Shown here piece after piece: positions 55,301 through 63,920 of a stretch of 63,920 bases of DNA. Both the position numbers and the translations under genes were made by a program. Where the stretch lies: assembly GCF_964194025.1 (NCBI RefSeq), contig NC_134477.1, forward strand, positions 59,334,001 through 59,397,920. The letters run 5' to 3'. Source of the DNA: Convolutriloba macropyga. Its lineage: Eukaryota. Positions within the stretch are counted from its first letter, which is position 1, and each line of letters starts with the position of its first letter. Below the pieces are notes generated by a model, which saw only the letters and a program-made list of their open reading frames with translations, had not been told where the DNA came from and ran no database searches.

Positions 55301-56580
55301 AGACTTAATAAACTAACGACGGAAAAATTCAAATTTTTCCAGTCTTTTTATTAATCTTTAGATGTGTACACTTCACTCAGCCAGATTCATTCATTGTTAT
55401 TTCATTAAAAAAAGAACTATAGGCACTCCGTTTATTTGTGTAGTCAATTATAACCAATAATTATAATGGATTATTTAGTTTCAATCCAATAAAAAGTCTA
55501 ACCCGGTTGCGGAAAAAAAACCCACGGAAAAAATCCCCTCTACATTTTAGATACGAATTAAACCCCCACGGAAATAAACCCCCACGGAAATAAACCCCCA
55601 CTTTACTATTAAAGAGCTGCGCATTTAGCGCGTTTGGCCATGCCTCGCGGGCCATGGCCATACCTCAGCGGCCTGTGGGACTTGATATGAAACTATCACA
55701 ACCGATCAAATTATCACGACCGAAATTCGATTTTAAAATGGGGGTTTATTTCCGTGGAGGTTATTTTCCGTGGGGTTTTATTTCCGTGGGGGTTATTTTC
55801 CGTGGGGGTTTATTTCCTAGACCCGTCTAATCAGCTACACATTGGTGCAAGTTATGCAACTAATGTAATCGCAACGAGAGTGATTAAAAACATTAGCATG
55901 CCGTTATTATTATCACCCTCCCCAAGTTGAGGTGCGCGACCCAAACCAGTCCTGCTCAGGCCTAATTGGGTCGCGCCCAGGGGTTATAAAGTACCTAAGG
56001 TACAGGGCATACCTACGGTCTGGAAATTCTTATCAGGGCACCATTAATATCCGGACAGTCTGATCAGAGCATGGTGCACAGTCTGGACAGTCTGAAAGGA
56101 CCACCTTTCCAGATTCTGCACGGTCTGATTAAAACCCCTTCCAAATTCTCTATAGCCTGATCTGAACAAAGAGGTCCAGCCGAAGAAAACAAATTTGACA
56201 GTACCCCTAAGAAGAGGTGGACGGGATAACATAAATAATTTCTAAAAAGTCCCCTTCTTACCCCCACCCCCCCCCCTTTACCCTCCACATATTGGGTTTA
56301 ATTTTGAGGGGTAATTTCAACAATGGGATTTATCTTTTTTTGACAGAAGAAACTTGTACTTAACAATATTAAAGTTAATCAATTTTCGGAAGTTATTTCA
56401 CCTGGAAGCCCGACTAAGTACAGTGAGTGCCCCCACAGCCGCAGCGTCGTGCAAAGCTGTAGAAAGTGCAGCCACTTTCTGATGAGACCAGGATGAGGAT
56501 GAAGAATATGACGTCAGAGAACTGAGTGACGTCAGAGAACTAGACAGAAGAGAAGAGCGAGCACTCCAGTTGCGGAACAT
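22346..56580 (-). CDS. USH1G/ANKS4B: USH1G/ANKS4B (Sans)-like ankyrin + SAM scaffold protein, ~446 aa. Proposed exons: 56580-56402, 55206-55108, 54482-54346, 52881-52725, 46714-46675, 46574-46538, 41562-41457, 33682-33468, 31752-31576, 22539-22346
   Basis: All junctions are GT-AG with compatible phases (total 1341 nt). Spliced N-terminus LHDAAAVG...KDSSGRTPGMIAAEKGNLEALILIHKRGGKLDKQDYLGDFALHLAA...ALDDQKLTPLE...NP...REAER parallels Sans. SAM domain LRFFLDSYGL|GELYPTMITRGYTYEKINSLKESDFNKLKI; tail LVDVKL. The small central exons are less certain. Confidence 0.8.
23878..24403 (-). repeat. 3' LTR of the BEL/Pao element
   Basis: Bounded by TGTTCA...TGAACA inverted ends; preceded on the minus strand by the purine-rich tract aaggaggccgggaag. 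Confidence 0.78.
23878..29970 (-). mobile_element. Degenerate, 5'-truncated BEL/Pao LTR retrotransposon in the last intron of the Sans-like gene
   Basis: gag with Cys/His knuckles (~29500-29970); protease RAILDSGSQ; RT YLPHHCV...YVDD; RNase H ELHVFCDAS...PRLELCAA...NPAD; integrase GTDYSGP...PHFGGLWEAAVKS; C-terminal FWKKWSVE; many frameshifts. Confidence 0.93.
31011..31080 (-). mobile_element. tRNA-derived SINE head or tRNA pseudogene
   Basis: Minus strand has A-box-like TGGTGTACATGG and B-box GGTTCGAATCC; poor anticodon arm. Confidence 0.55.
31405..31563. mobile_element. MITE-like element (same family as 57047-57230)
   Basis: attctgttttgcccccc ... gggggctgaaacagaata; internal cagcttagtgggcttatatattttacgccccc shared in reverse with ~57170-57205. 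Confidence 0.7.
32071..32770. repeat. 11-bp tandem satellite (AAGATTCTTAC)n with higher-order structure
   Basis: About 60 copies with recurring variant order. Confidence 0.96.
35831..39100 (-). mobile_element. Second decayed element carrying a glycoprotein remnant and accessory ORFs (boundaries uncertain)
   Basis: 38264-38446 encodes YYHKCAK...PYCTEEVPV...IRFMKPITQV, homologous to 12151-12882; followed by ORFs 37581-38018 and 36477-37397; tentative LTR TGTG(35831)...CACA(36374). Confidence 0.55.
36477..37397 (-). CDS. Uncharacterised 306-aa intronless ORF with coiled coil and basic/Ser-rich tail, probably element-encoded
   Basis: Long open frame downstream of the glycoprotein remnant; LRDQLIRLRQSREANE heptads; KRKPRSRSSSSS end. 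Confidence 0.45.
   Translation of the reverse strand: MLSAVSSPAFRLLNDIMDLQSNSGITGNGAKDQLLVFRENPSQHQVHQHQTDVCSSVSSDEMAVIFCPPFKNILVVTTVSVTANSGSQASPQEGGNTRHAIGPPRNCPIQLIGLVFSPNLHAVLRFVELYHKGKVRIQDLYNARRRPLLDTLDLVAIPVDISTGNHNLRDQLIRLRQSREANERDRYDTTDDLDKIKAHVFKLTNMLDESRAASLLLFAEVFTLKKKQTKRPKISKVHNTGANTDTVSASGSFSKTYRHLRGVQSEFRSLHSQLLRGSQISKPQKIKRKPRSRSSSSSSSSSSETE
39685..40000. repeat. Degenerate ~20-bp tandem repeat (ttcgtgcgttcaccagattt)
   Basis: Multiple copies, with further copies at ~40415-40520. Confidence 0.8.
40743..41334. mobile_element. Non-autonomous TIR element with subterminal (aaatgcggtgaa) repeats and an internal tRNA-like segment
   Basis: TIRs tacccgggtcgaggttt / aaacctcgacccgggta; related end at ~22270-22285; B-box GGTTCGAACCC at ~41147. 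Confidence 0.8.
44420..45250 (+). mobile_element. Highly decayed LINE reverse transcriptase fragment
   Basis: Remnant motifs SNVLEKIL, FLDVRKA.DTV, SILGSVLF, WFRYNRLSLNTEKT, with stops and frameshifts. Confidence 0.75.
47788..47860 (-). mobile_element. tRNA-derived SINE head or tRNA-like pseudogene
   Basis: Minus strand TGGTGCAACGGTAGC (A box) and GGTTCGAGTCC (B box). Confidence 0.5.
47947..52470 (-). mobile_element. Near full-length LINE (CR1/L2/Jockey-group-like) with extra esterase-like ORF, PHD-finger ORF1, APE-RT ORF2 and (CAA)n tail; frameshifted
   Basis: ORF1 CKTC...CVSC..HLH..C; APE motifs YNPP, CGDLNFP, TLDV, TDH; RT motifs YRPVSLL, YTDFSKAFDKV, PQGSLLGP, FADD; (caa)n at 47947-47975. 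Confidence 0.92.
51885..52467 (-). pseudogene. SGNH/GDSL-esterase-like ORF upstream of LINE ORF1 (frameshifted)
   Basis: MVYIVGASSL (block I-like), KSGYNLH, WHDLINNS (block III-like), VVGIVFCER. Confidence 0.45.
55495..55830. mobile_element. MITE with inverted arrays of (aaacccccacggaaat)
   Basis: Left aaacccccacggaaata repeats versus right atttccgtggggg repeats. Confidence 0.75.
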
Positions 56581-57046
56581 TCTAGAACTTTCGACGATAA
56601 GATTGTTCTAGAATAATCGTGTGCGTGTAATTTATAAAGGAAGTTGTAATTGACACGTTATCAGTAATCAAAGAATATTATATTTCTAGTAATTCATTTG
56701 GTTGTGTCGAAAAGAATGCCCTAAAAATTGGTTTGAAATAAAAATTCTAGAATATTCTTAAGTAATTTATATAGGAAAGTTGCAATTCCCAATTAATTTT
56801 AATCGAAAAAAATTATAATTCTAGTATTCATTTGGTCGTGCAGCAAAAAAATCATGCCAAAAATTGGTTTGCTATCAATTTACTGATTGTATTATGTGTT
56901 GTTTTTATTTTGCGTCGCATGAGCGCGCGCAAAACACCTGGGCGAGCAAACAGCCATAAGCACGCCAGCATAACGTACAAACATAAAAACATAACCAATC
57001 TCATTGAAGCAAAAATTCTTACACGAAAAGGAATTGAAATCAAGGA

Positions 57047-57230
57047 TCCATTCTGTTTCGAGCCACCCCCCCCCCCCCCCCCCGCCCTCCCTCAGTGTTT
57101 TTTACGCCCCCAGTTACATTTAATGTTTTTTTATACAACACAATTCTGTGTAAAAAATAGCACGTTCGCCTGGGGGGCGTAAAATATATAAGCCCACTAA
57201 GCTGGGGGAGGAGGCAAAACAGAATAAATC
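57047..57230. mobile_element. MITE-like element (family of 31405-31563)
   Basis: attctgtttcgagcc...ggcaaaacagaataaatcc; internal sequence is the reverse complement of the 31.4-kb copy. Confidence 0.7.
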
Positions 57231-58700
57231 CGAAATCAGTTTGCCAAAAGCACATGTTATCCTAAGAAACGCAGTAAACCTAATTTGTAGTAATCAACCG
57301 TTTAGAGGGCTCAAAACAATAAAAGTCACTTACAAATATATTCTGAATCCTTCAATCTAGGATTGATTGGTTGATTGATTCAGTTGTGGGTCAAATTCGA
57401 GTCAGTAATACAAGAAACGTTAACAAGAAAACTGGGCACTCCAGCTTCAATGAATCTCACAGACCTGAAACGGTACATTAAGTTCTAAAAAATTAATCAA
57501 CCGCTGCGTGAAAATGTTTGCTCTCAAATTATTGTTGAAGAACAAAACTTTTGAAATTTTTGATCAAATTTATTTTGCGTCCCTGCTTTTTGTTTAACTT
57601 TGGCACAAATTGATTAAATTAACTATAACCGTAGACAAAAAATAGGTTGCAATTTTGTTTTGAGTCTTGCTAGAAGATGCATTACCTTATAATAAGTTTC
57701 TCGTTTATCTTGTGAGAATAACGTACCATAATGTTTCATCTTATGAAAATCTTTACAAACCAGCCCCCCCAACCAGTAGATTAAAAATACTATTGCGTTA
57801 ATTTGTGGAGTTTTAGACAAAGAAATTGCAAAGATTATTACCAATTATAATGTTTTATTACAGCATAACTTTTTATAATATATGATTCAATAGCATAGAC
57901 CATTTAGCATAATCGTTGCTCTATCGTTTTATCTCACACTGTAAGGCCCTTTGAAATGTACTCAGATAGTTTTTGGGGAAATAAAGAGGAGAAAATGACC
58001 AAATTGTCCTTTTTATTTAGTAGGAGCGCAGTAGGATTACTAATGATTTTACTCGCGTATTAACACCGTGATAAACTAAATGTTTACGAGGGACAATTTT
58101 TCTGTAAACTACTTTTTTACTGAAAATTATCTTAGATAGAATTAATATAAATTGAGATGGGGCGCAAATTAAAAAACTTTATCATAAAATTTATGAATTT
58201 TAAATAATTTAGTGCATATAAGTGACGGAGTTATATCCGAAATGAACATGACTGATGGCGTGCAAAATCTGCAATATCGGCAGATCTCGTAAGTTTCAGC
58301 TTTTTACTGCCAGCAACTCTGGAAAAATGGTCAATCAGTTTTACTCTGTTCTAATTCTGTTAAAGAAGCAGATTTTCTCAATGGGAAAAAATTTTACGTA
58401 CAATATTTTTCAAAATTTCACTTGAGACGCATAAAATTGTGAAAATTATGTAACTCTGAAAAGTTTTTGAACAATTTGACCAGATATCCTTATTCCTTCA
58501 AAGTTGTTCAAGCTTGTTTGTATACTTATTTGTATTTCAGTCAATTGACGGTCTGAAACTTTATTTTATGTTTACAAATTTGTAATTAACGTCATAGATT
58601 CGTATTGAAAATTTTATACTTTTATGCTGATAACTGCTAAGTTTATACCAATCACTGTATGCTGTTCAGAACTCTCAGCAATCAACCTTTTGAATTAAGG

Positions 58701-58863
58701 GATTTTTTCCGTTTGTGCCCCCCAGCTTAATGGGTGCATATTATTTGCATTCCCCCAACAACACGTGCCATATTTTTACATAATGATTTACTATGAAACG
58801 GCACGTGCTCTGTAACTGGGGGGGGGGGGGCATAAAGTACTAGGGGCACTAACAGAAAAGATC
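58701..58863. mobile_element. MITE-like element (family of 6779-7072)
   Basis: gattttttccgtttgtgcccc ... ggggcactaacagaaaagatc. Confidence 0.65.
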
Positions 58864-61509
58864 AAAATTGAGTTTTTAGTCCAATTTCTTCTACTTTGCT
58901 TTAACCTTTTGAACTACACTTAACAGCAGAAAAATTAAGTGTGTTTCACACGAGTAAAAATTGAATTCTAATTACTTATTTAATTAAGTAAGTATTGTAA
59001 ATGGCAACCAGAGAGCATTTAATGATTCCAATAATCCAATTAGACACAAAGTTTAGAAACCGATTTAAACTTTACATAAGAAATACTCCTATTTTTTTAT
59101 TGATATATCGACATTGGTTTAACATTGTGCCATATTTTTTGCCTTACTACGCCACGGCAAATGTTTAAAAATAGCGTACCAAACGTACTTGGAACTTTTT
59201 TGACAAATTTTGCGAGTCTTTCGACGATTTTTCAAGTTACGACTTATTCTTTTTTGCTTGATAATGTAAAAATGGTGTAAAGTCTTGGAGCCCGTTTGAT
59301 ACTAAGCATGCACAAGTCATAGGGTTATTTAAAAAATCACACTAAAATAGTTTTTAGCTACGCTAAATTATAACATTTCGCTTAAAAAGATTTGAAAAAT
59401 TTCAATTCTGCTACCAAATACTTATCAATTTATTCCATATTATCGTGCCACGGAATCTTTTTTTGCAAGACCTATCCGAACGAATTGATTTTTCATATAA
59501 ACAAGCTTTATTGTGCAGAGAGTCTTACGCTTTAACTGTTTATAATAAATCCTGTATGTCGCAAATATGGCTAACGTCAAATCTGAAATTTCACCCCCCC
59601 CCCCCCCCACCCTACCAATAAATGTCTGATTAAAGAGTATTTTTTTTTTTGAAAATTTTCCGAATTTTTTTTAACAATCTTGAAGTCACATGGTCTATGA
59701 GAGTTGTTCAAAACCAGGACTTCAAAAGCTGTTTCTTTAACTTCTAACAGATCGAGAGCCGTTTTCTTTGAAGTGTGTTTCATGACCAGCAGTTGAACAA
59801 GATATCTTGTTCACTTTTTATACTGCTTAAATCCGCAGATGTAAATATTCGCTAGCCTTCCGTTTTTGCAGATGTTTTAAATTGTAACAATCTCATAAAC
59901 TCGAATCGAAGGGGCTTCAAAATCTTAGATACGTACAAGTTTATGGTTAATCTCTTTTCCGCTGAGTCCCACACCAAAACAACAAAAATAGCACACCAAA
60001 AAACAAGAAAAATAAAGACAGAGCAAGAGAGCGTTGAAAATTTATCAATAAAATCGTGTTTTACAAATTTCACGACGCGTTTGTGATTATCTGTACATGA
60101 GAATAGGAATTCGATATGTTGAATTATTAATCATCTCAAAAGAGCAAATTTTACTAAAGCACAGTTTAAGTGAACTTTTTTTTCCAAAACACATCAAATG
60201 ATTCTGTTACTATTTTAAATAAAATGTTTGTAGAAATTAATCGATTACTTCGATAAAGAAAAATTTTTTTTATCTTATCAAAATTATTCATTACCAATCT
60301 ATTACACGAATTATAGAAATTCTATTTTGACAAAATTAAATTTGAGACTTCCCGACGCAGATTTTTTAAAACAATTCAGCTCAAAAACGTTACATAATAT
60401 TGCCCTTAAAAGCGCTGAAATTCGCTGAAATTATGTCAGGAATGTGCAATTTAGATCAATAGTCTTCATGTACCACTGGTTCTTATTGTACCACAGAATG
60501 GATAAAAATGACTCTGAAAACAGCTTATATCAAATCGAATCCCCATTTTGATTCGAAAGTTAGTGCGAGCGATCAAAAATCAAATCTCAAGAAACGCAGG
60601 CAGGAAAAAACTGACGACGAAAATGGATTCTCGTTTTGTAACCCTGTTGCTTGTGAGAATAGCCCGAATAAATCGAAAGGTTTGTTTGTTAATTATTATT
60701 CTCATAACGACGTTAAGGTGCCAGCCCAAGTCTATTCAAGATTAATTCTTGTCTTTTTGAAAAAGCTCATTTCAAGTTTATTTGGAAACTTTTTAAATTC
60801 AGCTCAATTTTTGAATATTTGATAACCAAATGTAAACCAAATCATTAAAACTACAGGAAACTATCGCAGATTAGCAGATTAGCTGAAGTTAAACACAAGC
60901 CGATGCTTAGGTGCATAGGTGTGGAAATTTCAGTACCACAGGCACCGCTCAATTTTGCCTTTTCCAAAACTTGCAAGTGGACAGTTGCTTGACAGGTATT
61001 TCTGCTCGAGTTGAAATCTTACGAGAGAATTTGTTTTTTGATATAGGATTTAGTCTTCATTCAATGACCAAAAATGGAGAAAAATCGAAATTAACGAAAA
61101 GCCATTTCGATGTCCTACAAACAGTTCCACTGTTTTTACTTCCACTAATTTTCGCTAAGTTTTTAATTCCACTAATAGTTCCACAATTTGTTCCCGCCAT
61201 AAATTTGCAATAATTAGCTTGGACTATAGTGTACTTTTCATTCAAATTTTTGTATAAAATGCACAATTGTTGAGCGAATTTCATTTTCAAAAAAATAAAA
61301 AATTGCCTGCAGTTTTGTTTCAAGAACCATGAATTAAGCACAAAGACCCGGAATAGAAATGCGCGTCAAACTATCGCAAACCTAAACAATTTTAAAAAGA
61401 TTGTTGAACTTTGTGAGCAAAAGAAGCCAAATGGTTAATCCGGTTTATAAAATTATCCCCTTCTGAAGTTGGGATGATTTGGGGTGATACAATGATTACC
61501 CAGGTTGAG

Positions 61510-61790
61510 GTCCTCGTTCAAAATGATCTATGAAAATACCCATCCAGACCATTCTTGCTTATGAAAATACCCAGGCAGACCAAAAATGTCTATGATCCAG
61601 ACTTTGCCTCGTTCAAAACTTTGGTGGGTGCATGTGCTCGTTCAAAAACTCTGATGAAAAGACCCGTACAGACCAAAATGCGATATGATACAGACTTTGG
61701 CTCGTTCGATTTGTGAAAAGAGTCAGAAAGACCGAAAAAGTTTATGATCCAGTCTTTGGGTCGTTCAATTTATGAAAAGACTCGAGCTAA
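61510..61790. repeat. Degenerate tandem repeat (tatgatccagactttg.ctcgttca..tatgaaaa), probably a DNA-transposon subterminal array
   Basis: Recurring ctcgttca, atgaaaa and cagacc motifs. Confidence 0.55.
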
Positions 61791-63920
61791 GAAATACCGA
61801 CAAAAATGGCGTCGAAACGTTGCTATTTGTTGGTTTCATCGGTTTTGCTTGTATGAAGCGTGGTTTTTTTTCGGTTTTGTAGAAGTAATCCGTATTGGTT
61901 GTGAGAAGCGTCGGATAATCGGAATAGCCAGAGTGTTTGATGTTAGCTGATTAGTGTTTGATGTGTTTGATGTTTGCTGTTATTGATCTAACTATATTCA
62001 GCATCAAGAAAAATTCCTATTGTATTTCCCGGAGAGTGTTTACTGTTGATAAAAGTCCTGAATCTCATAGCTTTTAGCTTCTAAACAACCTTACCGACCA
62101 TGATAGTTCTTAGCGCCTTTACCAAACGATACAAAAGATTGTTTTCATTAGATAAGTCAAATAATAATGCTGCAAAAAAACAGAAAAAGAAAATCGTAGT
62201 ACCGTTTCGGAAAAAAAACCTATCCCGAAGGTATACTCAAGAAGGAAAAATGCAACTGACGATTCCAAAGTTTGTTCATAATCTCCGTGGAATCATGCGC
62301 GTCTTAGAATTAAATAAATGAATTATAACTGTTTAATATACTATTGAGTGTTTAATATAAAATGAGAGTGTTTGCTGTACTGTCGCGGTTAGCTGTTGTA
62401 GAAAAAAGGAAGTGAAACAGTAGAACAATTGAAACAAGTGAAACAATGATCATTTTTATTCATGATAATCTCCTCTATGATTGTGTTTTATTTGAAATCA
62501 TCTGATTTTTTTATTACAACAATATTGTAGCTCAAGGGAGTGTGTTTGATGGACACATTCATTACATAACCCAGTTCCCTCTGTCAAATTTTCCTCCAAA
62601 AGATTCTCACCTGGTCCCCAAACATGGACTTTCCTGAAATAGAGATTCTAGTTTTGGATTTGCGAAATCCCAGTCAGTAATTCAGGAATTCGAATTATCA
62701 GGCAGCGCCTGAAGTCAAAAAATGAGTGCAAGTAGGTCGGTTTCATAAAATTTTTTCTCTTAATCCTTTTTGGGTCAATCTTTATCGATAAACAATGCTA
62801 TCCCTTGGTCTTCTATGGAAAATATAAAATCTAAAACTTGAAGTAACAAGTTTTGCTGTGGAGTCAATTAAAGGTAGAAGCAAGACAACTCGATTAATAT
62901 CTAAAAAGAGTTGGTTTTCTAAGGGCGGATTCAAATGACAAAAGCAAATTAGCAGTTGGCGATGAGGAAGTGATCGTCAAAACTTCGTTTTTGGGTTTCA
63001 ATCTTGGGCAAACTAAAACTGTTTCCGACAAATAGTTTTTAATCTAATTGAAGTTGATGCCGTATTTCTCCACTGGAACCCAGAACGTACGAAAAATCAA
63101 AGAAGAACAAAAATTGAAAATAAAATTGTTTACCATTGGCAACAACCTAATTGTTACCTTGGAAAACATTTAAATTGGGCAGTAAATCTTGTAACCATTG
63201 TGCGAATTTTGATTCATCTAAATGAATTAATCTCGACAGAAAAAGACTAAATGTTCACTTCTTGAGCAACTAAAAAATTGGCGTGTTATAACTTTGCTTT
63301 GACTACTAATCCAAAAGCACTATGCATTAGGTCAACTGGACTATGGCTGCTTACTTTCGGCTGTGATAAACATAAAACAACTGGAATTTATTTTCAAAGT
63401 ATTAGTAAGAGTATATATTGTGATGAAAGCTTAACCAATAGAGGCCTTGAAGTTTTTGCCTAAAAATTTTCTGTCTTACCCTTGTAACAACGCGACTTCT
63501 GAAATCCGAACTCTTCGAAAAGTATGTAGCCAGCTAGAAAAATCATAGTTTGGTACAACCTCAGGTCGTGATTTGGAAGTTTTGATGTCTCAAGTTTCCA
63601 GGATTGGATTATTAAGATTATTAATAATAGTAATAATAAATGAATAAAATTGTTTTCGCAAAATTGTTTTTTTTTTGCAATGATGAACAAACAATTGTAT
63701 ATTATTTACTCGCTTTTTTCAGTAAAACTAGTCAAATACACTGCTTAAAACTATAAATAGGAGTATAGGTACTCCAGTCATTCCGAGTTTTTTTTCAAGT
63801 GTAGGTTCTATGGCAAAATTTAGCATCTTTGGATGCCATGACTGCTGGCGAATGCTTTCTTTTGGGATCTATTCCGTTTTTGCCTTCCAACATCGTGCAC
63901 TATGCAACCCCCAGTAACAG

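Noticed and set aside
60508-60822. 104-aa ORF as a possible first exon of a plus-strand gene
   Set aside because: No recognisable domain or downstream in-phase exons found

Overview
This is AT-rich, intron-containing animal (invertebrate-like) genomic DNA with four assembly gaps. It is not prokaryotic, and the species cannot be identified from the sequence. Host genes: (1) an intronless aralar/citrin (SLC25A12/13) gene, with a recent partial tandem duplicate of its 5' part and an older pseudogenised 3' copy; (2) the last two exons of a SAXO-like (Mn-motif) microtubule inner protein gene; (3) a hand-assembled 10-exon, ~34 kb minus-strand USH1G/ANKS4B (Sans)-like gene (ankyrin repeats, central region, SAM domain, PDZ-ligand-like tail). 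Its introns host a BEL/Pao retrotransposon, LINEs, MITEs, satellites and a decayed glycoprotein-bearing element. The most striking object is a decayed Gypsy-type LTR element at ~9.5-14.8 kb. After integrase it carries a chuvirus/class III-fusogen-like envelope ORF, an array of six 16-bp palindromes, and an accessory ORF (SH3-like + coiled coil + DnaJ/J-domain with HPD) just before the PPT and 3' LTR. A second, divergent remnant of the same glycoprotein type lies at ~38.3-38.9 kb. All family assignments come from motif recognition by eye; no database searches were run.
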